Positions 1 through 11,756 are shown, counted from the stretch's first letter. The stretch: 64,000 nt of DNA from an uncultured Nitrososphaerales archaeon (GCA_963737815.1 CAVTUB010000006.1:25824-89823), one strand, 5' to 3'. Translations and numbers: made by a program. The notes: generated from the sequence alone by a model not told the origin.

Positions 1-84
1 CAGCAAAGTTATAGTTATGGCTAGATACATACCAAACGATCAATAGTGCACCAAGTCGAAAAAGAACAGGAATCCTAAGATTGT

Positions 85-444
85 TTATTTATTGCCGGAT
101 GCATCTATTCTAGAATGCCCTTCTAGATATTCAATAGCGCCATCAGCAACCGTAGCTATTTTGGGCGTCAAGACCACGAAATAGTTTTTATCGGCCCGTT
201 CAACCACCGTCACGCTCTTGTATTTCTTGGTGGAGATATCAAATTCAACCATTCCTGGTTCAATATGTCCTTTTGTGTAGACCATCATTAATACGTCACC
301 GGACAATGGAGTCAAGGGAATTATTGAAAATATATAGCCTTTATACGAACTTACTGGAAGTACCTGTTTCATGTACGGTGCAACGGATACCATATAAAGA
401 AAAACATCTTCTACAGTTGAGAACTCTTCATATTCAAACTTCAT
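85..444 (-). CDS. Conserved hypothetical protein (cren/thaumarchaeal type), 119 aa
   Basis: Clean ORF with globular composition, co-directional with the upstream FNR gene; no catalytic motif recognised. Confidence 0.7.
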   Translation of the reverse strand: MKFEYEEFSTVEDVFLYMVSVAPYMKQVLPVSSYKGYIFSIIPLTPLSGDVLMMVYTKGHIEPGMVEFDISTKKYKSVTVVERADKNYFVVLTPKIATVADGAIEYLEGHSRIDASGNK

Positions 445-512
445 ACCTTAGGTTCACATGGTCGAAGATATATAAGGATTTAAGTGAGGTGCGAGTCCGT
501 CAGTAAATGTGT

Positions 513-1355
513 TCAGCCGTAGGATTCGAACTTGACTTCGTAACTGCCGTCTTTCCGTTTGTTACGTTCTGTAACGAAGCCTTTGGGAACTAAATAGTCT
601 AAAGCCCCATCAACTGTTCCTTGCCATCCACATACATAGAATGAGGTATTTTCTGGCGTTATTCTTTCACCAACCAATTCCTCAAGAGGTGATTGATCTG
701 TTCCGGGTTTTGGCCTCAAGAAGGATTCGACTCTGCCTTTTTGGCCATCCCATGACCTATTGAACCATTCTTGTGGTCTACTAATGCTTGCTCGGTACCG
801 GAAGTTCCACTTGTCCTTGCCTACGTCAATGCTCTCTTCTTCTAGTTGGGACAATAATTCCCTATAACTTAGTTCGTCAACATAGCTGGCCCCGTGCAAT
901 ACAACTATTTCCCGTTTGCTTCCAATGGATTTAAGATGCAAAGAGTAAGAGATAAAGGGTGCCAAGCCTGTACCGCCTCCAATCAAGACCATCCTCCTAT
1001 TATCTGGAGATCCATCATGCTTTTTTTCATTTATTGTAAAAATTCCAGTGGGTTTCACCCAGGCCGCCTCCTCTCCCTCTTTTTTATTGAATAATTCGGT
1101 AGTGAGACGTCCCGGGAGAGGCTTGCGTACCCACCTCACTATCAATTCAAAATATTTCTTTTGTTCTGGGGGAGATGCAATGGAATATGCTCTTCTAACT
1201 ATTTTTCCTTCATTCGGGTTATGGAGGCCTATTGTTACAAACTGACCAGCCTTAAAATCAGGAACCGGACTATCGGTTGGGGTTACCTTGAAAATTGAAA
1301 GATCTTCTTTAAGCACTCTAATATAAGAGATGATTCCTTTGTTGTCGACCACCAT
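513..1355 (-). CDS. Ferredoxin-NADP+ reductase (FNR/Fpr-type FAD/NAD(P)-binding oxidoreductase)
   Basis: RAYSIAS FAD motif, GGGTGLAPF NADP motif, YVCG and C-terminal FESY. Confidence 0.9.
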   Translation of the reverse strand: MVVDNKGIISYIRVLKEDLSIFKVTPTDSPVPDFKAGQFVTIGLHNPNEGKIVRRAYSIASPPEQKKYFELIVRWVRKPLPGRLTTELFNKKEGEEAAWVKPTGIFTINEKKHDGSPDNRRMVLIGGGTGLAPFISYSLHLKSIGSKREIVVLHGASYVDELSYRELLSQLEEESIDVGKDKWNFRYRASISRPQEWFNRSWDGQKGRVESFLRPKPGTDQSPLEELVGERITPENTSFYVCGWQGTVDGALDYLVPKGFVTERNKRKDGSYEVKFESYG

Positions 1356-1472
1356 ATGGTCTTGAAATCTTGTCTAAGCTAAATAAATATATTGTTCACA
1401 AGTGCCCTTTGAGCCGTGAAATACAACTCAAGTAAGAAATTTATTCAATCACTTCCATAAGTCATTTAGCTT

Positions 1473-1778
1473 ATGACGGATCGGTCCGCAAATATCAATA
1501 GCAAGACTGGGTCTGTGTCTAATTCCTCAAATGATATAGAAGTCCTTACGAAGGAAATAGATGAAAATAGCATAGAGCATAGGAGAATTATGAAAATTTT
1601 TGACAAGGCGATGAATGACTTTGCGTCTGATCGATCATTAGATACGTGCCTTGAGGTCCTCAATGCTTCTATCCAAATGGCAAATATAAGGCACAAATTG
1701 CTTCAATCATATAAGCATTATTCAAAACTTTTGGAAATAGAACTGACCCGATTACAAGGGCTCAACCAAATCCCCTGA
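1473..1778 (+). CDS. Hypothetical helical/coiled-coil protein, 101 aa
   Basis: ORF divergent from FNR, preceded by an AT-rich TATA-like sequence (~1440). Confidence 0.6.
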   Translation: MTDRSANINSKTGSVSNSSNDIEVLTKEIDENSIEHRRIMKIFDKAMNDFASDRSLDTCLEVLNASIQMANIRHKLLQSYKHYSKLLEIELTRLQGLNQIP

Positions 1779-1834
1779 CCAAAGACCGATTACTGGTCAT
1801 GTAAACTGAGATCTTGAGTGAAATCCCTGCTCCA

Positions 1835-2704
1835 TCACTTCACTGTGACTCGGTTTCTTATTTTACCCAGCTTTTCTATAGCAATTTCAACGATATCTCC
1901 GTGCTTCAGATATTTGGGTTCAGCCATCGACATGGCGACACCAGCGGGCGTACCAGTAGAGATGATGTCGCCTGCCTCTATTGTCATTATGTTACTTAAG
2001 CTAGAAATTATCCTTTTTATCGGGATGACCATGTTTAGACTCGAAGAATTTTGTCGTACCTCCTCGTTGACCCTGGTGAGTATTGTCAAATTTTGAGGAT
2101 CGTCTATTTCGTCTTTTGTTGTTATCCAAGGCCCACAGGGAGCAAAAGTATCTATACCTTTTCCTCTTGTAAATTGTTTATCTTTAAATTGTATATCTCT
2201 GGCTGAAACATCGTGCATTATCATATATCCAAACACAGAATCCAAGGCTTCTTCTTCTGATACGTGCTTAGTTCTTTTTCCTATGATAACGGCAATCTCT
2301 GCTTCGTAATCTAGTCTTTTTACGAAAGGAGGACAAATTATATCGCTAAAAGGAGAATTCAACGCTGTACGTGGCTTGATAAAAATTACAGGTTCATCTG
2401 AAGGCATAAGACCAGCATCTTTTGCATGATCGTAATAATTAAACGCCAGACATATTATAGTCGGGGGATTTGGAAGAGGTGGGAGAAGTTCGGCAGGTTC
2501 AAGATTATTGTTGTAGTCTAGTTCTTTTTGATGAGCCTTTACCTCTTTTATCCAATCATTAAACATGAAATCCTTGACAGCAAGAGGAAGGGGTATTCCT
2601 GTCTGTTCCTGTATATCTGACCTCGTGACAAACTTGTCTGCCTCATGAGATAGTATGGCGTATGTTTCACCTACTGAAATATCTTTTAATCTTGCAATTT
2701 TCAT
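1835..2704 (-). CDS. Fumarylacetoacetate hydrolase family protein
   Basis: LDYEAEIAVIIG, HDVSARDIQ, KGIDTFAPCGP, GDIISTGTPAGV motifs. Confidence 0.92.
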   Translation of the reverse strand: MKIARLKDISVGETYAILSHEADKFVTRSDIQEQTGIPLPLAVKDFMFNDWIKEVKAHQKELDYNNNLEPAELLPPLPNPPTIICLAFNYYDHAKDAGLMPSDEPVIFIKPRTALNSPFSDIICPPFVKRLDYEAEIAVIIGKRTKHVSEEEALDSVFGYMIMHDVSARDIQFKDKQFTRGKGIDTFAPCGPWITTKDEIDDPQNLTILTRVNEEVRQNSSSLNMVIPIKRIISSLSNIMTIEAGDIISTGTPAGVAMSMAEPKYLKHGDIVEIAIEKLGKIRNRVTVK

Positions 2705-2717
2705 GTTAATTCGTTAC

Positions 2718-4467
2718 CTACCTATGTGAGTAAATTGCTGAGTTGACCCCTTCTATCCTACAAAATCCCATCCTTACAAATTGTACCATAGAACCAGGTT
2801 TAAGAGTAGTCACGTAAGACTCACAGAACCCTTTCCAAACCTCAAGACTTTGATCATTGTACTTATCGTCTATGTAAAGCTCCCTTGGAACAAAGATTTC
2901 GAAAGGATGGGCATCATTTTTGGCTACCCATTGGAATTTGGCCACATCTGGCTTGACTTCATCCCCCGACCACTTGCCAATTATTGTCAGTCTTCTAGCT
3001 TCTGTCTTAATATCAACTATTTGTATATTATACAACTCTATCAGTCGAATCTGATCGCCGCATTGGAGCTTAAGTGCGTCATCTTTAGATATGTATACAG
3101 AATTGTCCACCGTGATCTTTCTCGATCCAAGGTCAATATTTGGATGATTTCTTAAGACCGTTTCGCGTGGGGAACTATTTAGTACCATAACCTCAACCGG
3201 ATCTTTGACAAAAAATAATCTGATGCTCTCAGGTTCGATTATTTTTCTATTAAAAGCTTCAAGTGACTCAAAGGGAGGTTTAGTTTCAGCGAGGGTAATA
3301 CCTAATGAGAGAACAAATTTCCTAATGGCTTCTGGCTTAAAACCTCTTCTTTTCATTGCTGCAAGTGTCGGCAATCTAGGGTCATCCCATGAACTTATGA
3401 TACCATTTTCAATCAAGGGTTTAATCTTCCTTTTTGAAACTGGAAGCCCGTTGAATTCCAATCTTGAGAACTCTATCATCTGTGGCTTACGTAATCTTAA
3501 TCTTTCAAGGATAGCGAAATACAGGGCATTTCTCAGTTCGTATTCCTTCGTTCGCATTGCATGTGTTACCCCATCAAGACTGTCCTCTATTGGTGCCGCA
3601 GAAGTCATAAGTGGGCCAAATATGATATTTGTCTCCTACCTTAGGATGCTGTCCGTTGATTATTCTAAATAGCGTGGGATCTCTCATAGCGGTATTATAA
3701 TCCGCCATTGACCCCTTGAATCTAATCACGGCTTCATTTTGAGCGAATCTTCCATCGAAGAATTTGTCTATACGATCTGAGCCTAATAGTAGTGTGCTTC
3801 GACAGTCACACTCGATTCCCTTCGCTCTAAGGTCGTGTATCGTTTGTTGACTACACGTGCATACATACCCGTGGCCGTTGAGGACAAGTTTCTTTCCGTA
3901 GTCGTATAACAGCTCAATATCGTCAGATGTGTTTTTCACAATATCAGGCTTAATTGTGAGCCATTCGAGGGCTAGATTAAATGCTTCGTAAAACTCTGAT
4001 TTTTCATTTAAAGGATTGGTGTCATCGAAACGGAGGATAAGTTTTCCATTATACAGTCGAGCATAATATTCATCAATTATCACTGCCTTGGCGTGACCAA
4101 TATGAGGATAACCATTAGGCTCGGGTGGGAACCTAGTTATCACTTTTCCGAGAGTTGCATTTTCTAATTCAGGAAGTATTGGTGAGTAGGTAACTCGTGG
4201 CCTCTCAGTTAATTCGTTTCGCTGAACAACTCCCTTATTCTCCAATTGGTTGAGTAATAACTTTTGTTCCGCCAGGGACAGAGCATTAATTTCCCTTACC
4301 GTATTTTTTATAGCCGGGACACTATTCTTAAGATTGGATCGAAACTCTGCGCTTGCAGCAGCTATTTTGCCGATTACCGCATCGGCTCTGGCGGTGCCGT
4401 CATGCTCGATCGCGTTTTGCAGCGTAATCGCCTTAATGGAATCCATAAATCGTTCATCTAGGGACAC
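2718..4467 (-). CDS. gltX: Glutamyl-tRNA synthetase, split by a single-base insertion near 3600 (probable assembly error)
   Basis: RFPPEPNGYPHIGH, LRFDDTNP; joining ORFs 3574..4467 and 2718..3608 restores WPTYDF-AAPIEDSLDGVTH; WDDPRLPTL. Confidence 0.93.
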
Positions 4468-4472
4468 CTTGG

Positions 4473-5483
4473 TTACAAACTCCGTTGGGCTATGAAGTCG
4501 GCAGATGTTTGAAGAGCCTTTTTTGGCTCAGACTCTATATATGCGTCTATTGACCTTAAAGCCCTGGATATATAGGCCTCTGCTAAAGTTCGTATATCTT
4601 GCTCTATCCCAAGACCAGATACGATCTTTATAGCGTCCTTAAGTTCCCAGTCCGTTGTGTTCCGAGAACCAAAGATTCTTAGAAGCTTATTTTTTTCTTG
4701 TAGGTCTGCTTTTTCAAGCACCAAGACCATCGGATAAGTTTTTTTCCCTTCCCTAATGTCATTTCCGACCGCTTTTCCTGTCACTTTTGGGTCCCCCACT
4801 ATGCCTATAAGATCGTCGATGAGTTGAAAGGCAATCCCAATGTTCTTTCCGAATACAGATAATCTGTCAAGATCCACCTTGTTGCAATTATCAGCAGACA
4901 ATACACCTAGCGAACATGAAAGTTCAAATAATGAAGCAGTTTTCTTTTCGATCATCGATATATAGTCCGCCTCAGAATATGCTTTAACCCCCTCAGAAGC
5001 CATCTGCATATCCAGCGCCTGTCCTTCGCATACATTGATGCAAGCAGTAGATAGTCTGCTCACCATTTCAGATATCGACTTTTCGCTGATTCCTTCTTTT
5101 AGTCCTCCTACCGACATCAGCTGAAATGCTTTTGAAAACAAAATATCCCCTGCTAGAATCGCCAACGGAATCCCATATGAAGCATGCACGGTCGGGACAT
5201 TATGCCTCACGTTGTCGTTATCCATAATGTCATCATGAACAAGTGAAAAATTATGTACTAACTCTACTGCGGCCGCAGCAGGCATTACTTTTCTTGAACT
5301 TCCACCAAACAGTTCAGATGCTTTCAGGACTATAAATGGTCTTAGTCTTTTTCCCCCACTGGAAATATAATGTGCTGACGCCTTATAGAGTTCCTTCGGC
5401 CTGCCGTCAAGCGATGACAAGATAAATTCGTTTACATTTGCCGCATTAATTTCTAATTCGTTTCTTATAGTGCGTAAGTTCAT
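4473..5483 (-). CDS. Geranylgeranyl diphosphate synthase (short-chain polyprenyl synthase)
   Basis: GGKRLRP, first DDxxD preceded by Phe at -5 (HNFSLVHDDIMD), FQLIDD; lies in the isoprenoid cluster. Confidence 0.9.
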   Translation of the reverse strand: MNLRTIRNELEINAANVNEFILSSLDGRPKELYKASAHYISSGGKRLRPFIVLKASELFGGSSRKVMPAAAAVELVHNFSLVHDDIMDNDNVRHNVPTVHASYGIPLAILAGDILFSKAFQLMSVGGLKEGISEKSISEMVSRLSTACINVCEGQALDMQMASEGVKAYSEADYISMIEKKTASLFELSCSLGVLSADNCNKVDLDRLSVFGKNIGIAFQLIDDLIGIVGDPKVTGKAVGNDIREGKKTYPMVLVLEKADLQEKNKLLRIFGSRNTTDWELKDAIKIVSGLGIEQDIRTLAEAYISRALRSIDAYIESEPKKALQTSADFIAQRSL

Positions 5484-6580
5484 GCATCATTAACCTCTGC
5501 TGCTAAAGCTCCTGTTAATATATACCTTGAGCGTTTCAGCATCTCAATGTTTTTTGCACCCAGAAGAAACATCGTACTTTTAAGCTCAGCTAAAATCATG
5601 TCCATGAAATTGAATAAACTTTCAAGGGATTGTGCAGCTGCGACTAAGAAAGGATAAGCCATAGCACACATCTCAGCCCCAAGAGCAATGCACTTGGCCA
5701 CCTCCAGTCCGTTCCGCAAGCCTCCGGATGCCACGAGAGGAGTTTTCTTAACAACTTTCTTGACTTCTATCAGACTAATGGCAGTAGGTATGCCCCAATC
5801 CCAAAACATTTCACCCAAATGGATCTTAGTCTTGTTTTTCGCAACATCCGCCCGCAGTTTTTCAACCCCAGCCCAACTCGTTCCGCCAGCCCCTGCTATA
5901 TTAATAGCAGACACACCTGCCATTTCCAGTTTAATTGCTACCTCTCCCGAAATCCCGGCTCCAACTTCCTTGACCAGTACTGGCATATCTAAATGCGATA
6001 CGAGCTCTTCTATTTTCCCGAGCACGCCTCGGTACTTTGGTTCTCCCTCAGGTTGAATAAGCTCCTGGAGCGGATTAAGGTGAATTACAACAGCGTCTGC
6101 TTGTATCATTTCAATTATCCTCTTGACTTCATTTATTGTAAGTCCCTTAGAAAGTTGGGCTCCGCCAATGTTTGCTATGAGGAACGCCTGAGGAGCATTT
6201 TTCCTTGCAATAGCGTATGTTGATGCAAGTTCTTCACTTTTGAGTCCGGCTCTTTGACTACCCAATCCCATAGGTATATTGTGTTCTTGAGCTAGCTTGC
6301 CTAACCTTTCATTAATCTTCCTGGCTTCAGGTGTTCCCCCTGTCATTGAATCAATAATAAGGGGAGCAGAAAAGCGTTGGTTTAAAAAAAATGAGGCTGT
6401 ATCAATGTCAGTATAATCAAGTTCTGGAAGTGCATTATGCACAAACCTGACGTATTCTAAGTAAGTTGATGATGCTTTTGCTTGAGCTCCTTTTTTTAGT
6501 GGTATATCTATTCCATCCCTCTTCCGCATCTTGATCAATTCAACTTCTGACAGGGAGTCGATCGATTCTTGATTCTTCAT
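5480..6580 (-). CDS. fni: Type 2 isopentenyl-diphosphate isomerase
   Basis: MTGG, GSQR, HLNPLQELIQPEG, VKEVGAG, GAGGTSW motifs. Confidence 0.95.
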   Translation of the reverse strand: MKNQESIDSLSEVELIKMRKRDGIDIPLKKGAQAKASSTYLEYVRFVHNALPELDYTDIDTASFFLNQRFSAPLIIDSMTGGTPEARKINERLGKLAQEHNIPMGLGSQRAGLKSEELASTYAIARKNAPQAFLIANIGGAQLSKGLTINEVKRIIEMIQADAVVIHLNPLQELIQPEGEPKYRGVLGKIEELVSHLDMPVLVKEVGAGISGEVAIKLEMAGVSAINIAGAGGTSWAGVEKLRADVAKNKTKIHLGEMFWDWGIPTAISLIEVKKVVKKTPLVASGGLRNGLEVAKCIALGAEMCAMAYPFLVAAAQSLESLFNFMDMILAELKSTMFLLGAKNIEMLKRSRYILTGALAAEVNDA

Positions 6581-7389
6581 TTTTTGCTTTGCAAACTCCG
6601 ACCTCGACCTATTACAACTGTGCCTTCAAAATTTTCTGGCCCGGAACACACTGCTTGAATTATTCTCTCAGGCTTCAATCCATTAACTATCATCACTTCT
6701 GCTCCTTTTGTTGAAATCTTTAAGGCCTCTTTCACTTTTCGGCTCATTCCTCCTGTAATATCTGGAAACGGTTGTGACCTCGTCGATCTAAATAACCCTG
6801 CATTCTTGACAACTGCGCTCGTTACCTCACGGATTATCTCTTTCTTTTCAATGTCCCTGTATATTCCTTCGGTATTTACAGTAAAAATAACCTTCGACGG
6901 GTTCAATATTTTGGCGATCATAGTCATTATAACGTCTCCCGAAAGAATCGAAAATTTACCGTCGTTTATATGAATAACATCACCATACGTCACCGGTATA
7001 AGGCCTGTCTGTGCCATAGCATATAGTTGTTTAAGTTTCGTTTTAACAGGCATCTTACCATTCGTAAAGGAAAACGCAGATACAGAATAAGGATTCAAAC
7101 CGTTTTTTATCATAGAGTTGACTATGATTTGATTTAGATGTATCATTGATTCATGCACAATAGATATCCCGTGAGAGTCATACTTATCAGGTCTAGTATG
7201 CATATCGTATTTGACAGACCAGTAGTGACCGAAAGAACCTCCTCCATGCACCAATATTATGGGGATTCCTTTTAGCAAAGTAATAGCCTTGACAATTTCC
7301 TCGATTGCCCTGTAATTTGCAGACAGAGGTCTATCTTTGAAAGTCACGACCGATCCTCCCATTTTTATTATTGCTAAATTACTTCTCAT
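6577..7389 (-). CDS. Isopentenyl phosphate kinase
   Basis: KMGGSVVT, VHGGGSFGH, SGD, DITGGM; between mvk and fni. Confidence 0.9.
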   Translation of the reverse strand: MRSNLAIIKMGGSVVTFKDRPLSANYRAIEEIVKAITLLKGIPIILVHGGGSFGHYWSVKYDMHTRPDKYDSHGISIVHESMIHLNQIIVNSMIKNGLNPYSVSAFSFTNGKMPVKTKLKQLYAMAQTGLIPVTYGDVIHINDGKFSILSGDVIMTMIAKILNPSKVIFTVNTEGIYRDIEKKEIIREVTSAVVKNAGLFRSTRSQPFPDITGGMSRKVKEALKISTKGAEVMIVNGLKPERIIQAVCSGPENFEGTVVIGRGRSLQSKK

Positions 7390-7431
7390 AGGATATGTTC
7401 AAATGCATTAATTACAATTGAATTTTAAAGT

Positions 7432-8429
7432 TTAGTATGTTAAAAGTCCACTAGATCCAATTCTTGTAGAGATACATTGATGAGAATATTTCTTACTGAT
7501 TTCAGAGATGATGCTAGTCTCATATTCGTCGGGTATCAACACAACTATACTTCCCCCTCCGCCAGCACCAGTAACCTTTGCTCCAGAGGCTCCCTTATCT
7601 ATACAAAATCCCACGAGGTCGTTAATAATTTCGTTCGATACTCCTAATTCGTTTAGAAGAGCGTGGTTTTCATTCATCAATTGTCCTAGTTTAATCTGAT
7701 CTCCCAGATTTATTGCCAATACTGCCTGCTCACAGATACGAGTAGCACGGTTTGCAAGATCATTATATAACGACATGTTTTCATGTCTGTAGTTCTTTAC
7801 CAAAGATACGAGTGTCTTGGTGGAATGCTTGATACCTGTATTTACTACTATCAAGGATAAGGCTTTTTTTGGTCTAATTTTCTTATTCATTATATTCTTA
7901 ACAAAATAAATGAGACCTCCGAATGAAGAAACATAACAATCTGCTCCAGAAGAGTTTTCATGAATAATCTTCTCGGCACGGAGTGCCATTGAATACACCC
8001 AGTCTTTGTCGGGCCGAAGAAAAAGAGATCCAACAGCAGCCACCGTAGCAACGCACGATGCTGCTGATGATCCCAGCCCTGCCCCCAAGGGTATATCTGA
8101 GCTGAGCTGAATCTCAACTCCTATACTTTTCGCAGTGCCGATTAAGTGATGTTTTAGGACTTTATGTGTAGCTGTATAGAGTGGATAAAGGATACGTTCT
8201 GCTTCTGTAAAATGTGGCCACTCTCTATTAACCTGTCGCTGGGATAAGAAGCAAAATAACCAATGTCGGAGTTGATCTTAATTTTTGTCGATGCAATGGG
8301 TCTGGCTGAGACTCTGATACGCTTATCAATTGACCCCAGTATGGCGGGGCCACCGTATACAACAAAGTGTTCCCCAAACAAAATAACTTTCGCGGGAGCA
8401 GAGGCGCTAGCAAAATTCCTGCAAATCAT
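7432..8429 (-). CDS. mvk: Mevalonate kinase, frameshifted at ~8200-8270
   Basis: N-part [15 protein letters not shown]; C-part [27 protein letters not shown] in another frame. Confidence 0.9.
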
Positions 8430-9283
8430 AAGAAAACAATTGATGCGTATCCAACTACGGAGCTTTTATCTCCTGTGGTATCACCACTTGTTGCATATCT
8501 GAGTAATTCGGCTTTGCTTGCCCCAAGCTCTTTTACGGCAATCATTATCGAAGCAATAGCACCATAACCACATGCCGATATATCGAGCCTTTCTAATACT
8601 GAGTAGAACGACGACACATCCAAAGACAATATCGTATCAATGAGCTCTAAGTCTTTCCTGTGCGCTTCTTCATTTGGCTCGTAATGAGTAAAGTCAGAAG
8701 ACGCAATTAGCAGGGCTTTAGTGCTAGCACTTGTTATCGCCTGAGCTATTGTTCTTCCCACATCTTTAGCAGTTTCGATATCTTGCAAATTCATGATTAT
8801 CGGGACGATTCTAAAAGTGTCATCTTTTCGAATACATTGAAGAAATGGAAGCTGAACTTCCAGACAATGGTCCCTGATGTGGGAGAAATCATCTATATCT
8901 ATCACTGTGTTCTTAGAAATTGTGTCGGCAAAATCAGTATTAACTTCTACGTCTCCTAATGGTGTTTTCCACAAGGACTGTCGCATCGTAGCAACTCCAC
9001 TGCCAATGCCGTAATGATTGGGACCTGCTATAATGACAGTTTCGTAATTCATATCTGAAACTTGATAATATCCGTTCGCTGCCACACTCCCGGAATACGC
9101 GTATCCTGCGTGGGGAGAGATTATTCCGTATATTTCCTTGCGATCGAGGGATGGCGGCATTCTCCCAGGACCAAAGTTCATATCGAGAAAAGATTGTTCG
9201 AGTGACTTCTGCAATTCAAAAGGGTTACTGGGATAAAATATACCAGACACCGCTGGGGGCCTTGACTTTAATTCTTTATTCAC
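8426..9283 (-). CDS. MEMO1 family protein (AmmeMemoRadiSam protein B)
   Basis: [38 protein letters not shown]. Confidence 0.92.
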   Translation of the reverse strand: MNKELKSRPPAVSGIFYPSNPFELQKSLEQSFLDMNFGPGRMPPSLDRKEIYGIISPHAGYAYSGSVAANGYYQVSDMNYETVIIAGPNHYGIGSGVATMRQSLWKTPLGDVEVNTDFADTISKNTVIDIDDFSHIRDHCLEVQLPFLQCIRKDDTFRIVPIIMNLQDIETAKDVGRTIAQAITSASTKALLIASSDFTHYEPNEEAHRKDLELIDTILSLDVSSFYSVLERLDISACGYGAIASIMIAVKELGASKAELLRYATSGDTTGDKSSVVGYASIVFL

Positions 9284-10065
9284 AAGGCCTCTTCTACTAG
9301 TTTGGTTTCGAAATCGTCTATCGGTATTTTCATTTCACTGTCAGATCTAATCGTTCCATGCTTTTTCAAAACTTCTCTGGCTAATAGCCAGTAGACAGTG
9401 GCAAGGGCCTTTCGTCCTCTGTTGTTTGCTGGAATAATCAGATCGACTCTTGAAGTCACATTATCGCTGTTTGAAATAGCAAGCACGGTTACGCCTGCCC
9501 TAGTGGCTTCCATTACAGCCTGCTGATCAGCCTGGGGATCAGTAACAATAACCATTTCCGGCTCCATATAATTTGGCAAAGACGGATTCGTAAAAGTACC
9601 AGGCATGAAGCGTCCATATATCCCAGTAGCACCCGTAACTTGACAAAATTTCTGAACAGGCATTTTGCCATACTCCCTGGCTGAAGTAACTGCAACCTTT
9701 GAAATATTTGCTCTTCCAATGAATTTGGCCGCAATGTCTATTCTTGCTAGTGTCTTGCTAATGTCAAGAATATACAATCCTTCAGGATTTGCACGAACTA
9801 TGAACGGGACCATGTATTTGGTCCTAACTGGAGTCCCAACCCGAATGCCCGTGGAAAGGATCATTTTCTCAAGGTTGTCTGTATCAGATTCATATCCTGC
9901 ATCCTCCTCTGCTGTGGGTTCGAGTTGCGAGCCATCGTCTTCCTGGGGGTGGACTGGAACTTCTTGGGACTGTTTAGAATTATCGTCGGAAATGAGTTTA
10001 TCTTGTAGCGATACTTCTTCTTTAGAATGATTATCTTCTGCCTCTTGTCCTTTCTCGAAAGTCAT
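9280..10065 (-). CDS. rps2: 30S ribosomal protein S2 with acidic N-terminal extension
   Basis: GRFMPGTFTNP, IPANNRGRKAL; start placed at ATG 10065 just after the eno stop. Confidence 0.93.
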   Translation of the reverse strand: MTFEKGQEAEDNHSKEEVSLQDKLISDDNSKQSQEVPVHPQEDDGSQLEPTAEEDAGYESDTDNLEKMILSTGIRVGTPVRTKYMVPFIVRANPEGLYILDISKTLARIDIAAKFIGRANISKVAVTSAREYGKMPVQKFCQVTGATGIYGRFMPGTFTNPSLPNYMEPEMVIVTDPQADQQAVMEATRAGVTVLAISNSDNVTSRVDLIIPANNRGRKALATVYWLLAREVLKKHGTIRSDSEMKIPIDDFETKLVEEAL

Positions 10066-10066
10066 G

Positions 10067-11311
10067 CTAGGAGGACAGATCTGCCATCCCATCTATTAAA
10101 TCATACTCTGCAAGACGAAGGAGCTCATTTAATTTTGAAATACGTTCTCCTCCGACTATCCCAGATTTTATCATCTTAGATTGAGTGGCAATGGCGATAT
10201 GAGAAATATGCGAGTCCACAGATTCTCCAGATCTATGAGAGGTTATGAGTTTCAAGTTGTTCCTGTCACATTCTTGTGCGAAAAGAATGGCATCATAGAG
10301 CGCTCCGGCTTGGTTGACTTTCAAAATAGCACCACTACATGCACCATATTTGGAAGCTTCAATGACACGCTCCTTATTTGTAACCAACATATCATCACCT
10401 GTAACAATACATTTTTCATTCTTTTTTGTTATTTCGGACATACTTTGAAAGTCTTCCTCATGAACTGGATCCTCTACATAAATTAGACCATATTTCCGTA
10501 TTAATGAATTGACATATTCGATTTGTTCCTCTGTATCGCGTGACAAATGTTGCCTTTTATATTCATAACTTAATTTGTCGCTATCCCAAAGTGAAGAACT
10601 TGCAAAATCTATCCCCAGTCCTACCTCGCGTCCTACTGTGAAACCTGAATTCTTTATGGCTTGTTCAGCAAGCTCCACGGCCTTGTCATTGTTTGTTTTG
10701 GGGGCCCACGCACCCTCGTCCCCCCTGCCATATGTAAAGCTGCTATCATCATTTTCAAGGACTTTGCGAAGCTCGCTATGTACCTTGAAATTCATCTGCA
10801 AAGCTTGCATGATATCTCCTGCTCCTATCGGGCATACAAGGATCTCTTGTATATCCGGAGTGCCTGGTCCAGCATGAGCGCCTCCACCCAAAATATTTCC
10901 CAACGGAAATGGATTTTTATAAGGCTTGTCTTTACGGAGGACCTTGGCTAGAGGAACGTCCAATGCTTTGGAGGCAGAATCGACTGCCGCGATACTTAGC
11001 GCATATGCTATCGAACCGCCTATGATTGTATAGGACGGAGTCTGGTCGATTGACTTTAAAATCTCAAAAATTGCCTTTGGATCCGATGCCTCGGCACCAA
11101 TAAATTTATGTGCATGCGACCTAAAGGTTTGTATTGCCTTCTTAGGGTCGTTTTGAGGAAAGCTTTGTGCTTCATGCTTCCCTACACTGGCACCAGACGG
11201 TGCACACGCTCTACCAATATATCTACCATCTGAAACAATGTCGACTTCGACAGTTTGACTTCCTCTGCTATTGAAAACAATTCTTCCTTTAAGGTTGCTG
11301 ATTAACGGCAT
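10067..11311 (-). CDS. eno: Enolase
   Basis: NSRG, APSGASVG, GDEG, LKVNQAG, SHRSGES. Confidence 0.95.
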   Translation of the reverse strand: MPLISNLKGRIVFNSRGSQTVEVDIVSDGRYIGRACAPSGASVGKHEAQSFPQNDPKKAIQTFRSHAHKFIGAEASDPKAIFEILKSIDQTPSYTIIGGSIAYALSIAAVDSASKALDVPLAKVLRKDKPYKNPFPLGNILGGGAHAGPGTPDIQEILVCPIGAGDIMQALQMNFKVHSELRKVLENDDSSFTYGRGDEGAWAPKTNNDKAVELAEQAIKNSGFTVGREVGLGIDFASSSLWDSDKLSYEYKRQHLSRDTEEQIEYVNSLIRKYGLIYVEDPVHEEDFQSMSEITKKNEKCIVTGDDMLVTNKERVIEASKYGACSGAILKVNQAGALYDAILFAQECDRNNLKLITSHRSGESVDSHISHIAIATQSKMIKSGIVGGERISKLNELLRLAEYDLIDGMADLSS

Positions 11312-11342
11312 TTAGTTAAATTTAATATTCAGTTAAATTTTG

Positions 11343-11579
11343 TTATTCGACTTCAGATTGTATTTCGGACATTCTCCTTCTTAAGGCTTCATAATAGGGA
11401 ATCACTTGATATATAGTTTCGACGCTTGATATTAGCATCCGTCTGCAACAATATCTCTTAATATTTAACGAATCCATAACCACTGCCGGATCTTCGCCAG
11501 CCTTTACCCTATTAGTATACTCTCCGTATTTATGTGCAACTAGATTTCCGCAAGTAAAACACCGCACAGGAACTAACAT
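11343..11579 (-). CDS. rpoN: DNA-directed RNA polymerase subunit N (Rpo10)
   Basis: MLVPVRCFTCG...RYCCRRM; start at ATG 11579. Confidence 0.95.
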   Translation of the reverse strand: MLVPVRCFTCGNLVAHKYGEYTNRVKAGEDPAVVMDSLNIKRYCCRRMLISSVETIYQVIPYYEALRRRMSEIQSEVE

Positions 11580-11756
11580 GATATGTAACTGACCATTCAT
11601 GAGTTCTATAAAAACTATTGGCCTCTTCGCCCTATACAACGCTAAGATGAAATGCACTATACAAGTGAGCCACCAGGATAAAGTAGGATATCGTATTTCG
11701 TGACACACGTTAGAAGTAAATATTCAAATTGGTGGCATGAATGGTTTTTAGGAGAA

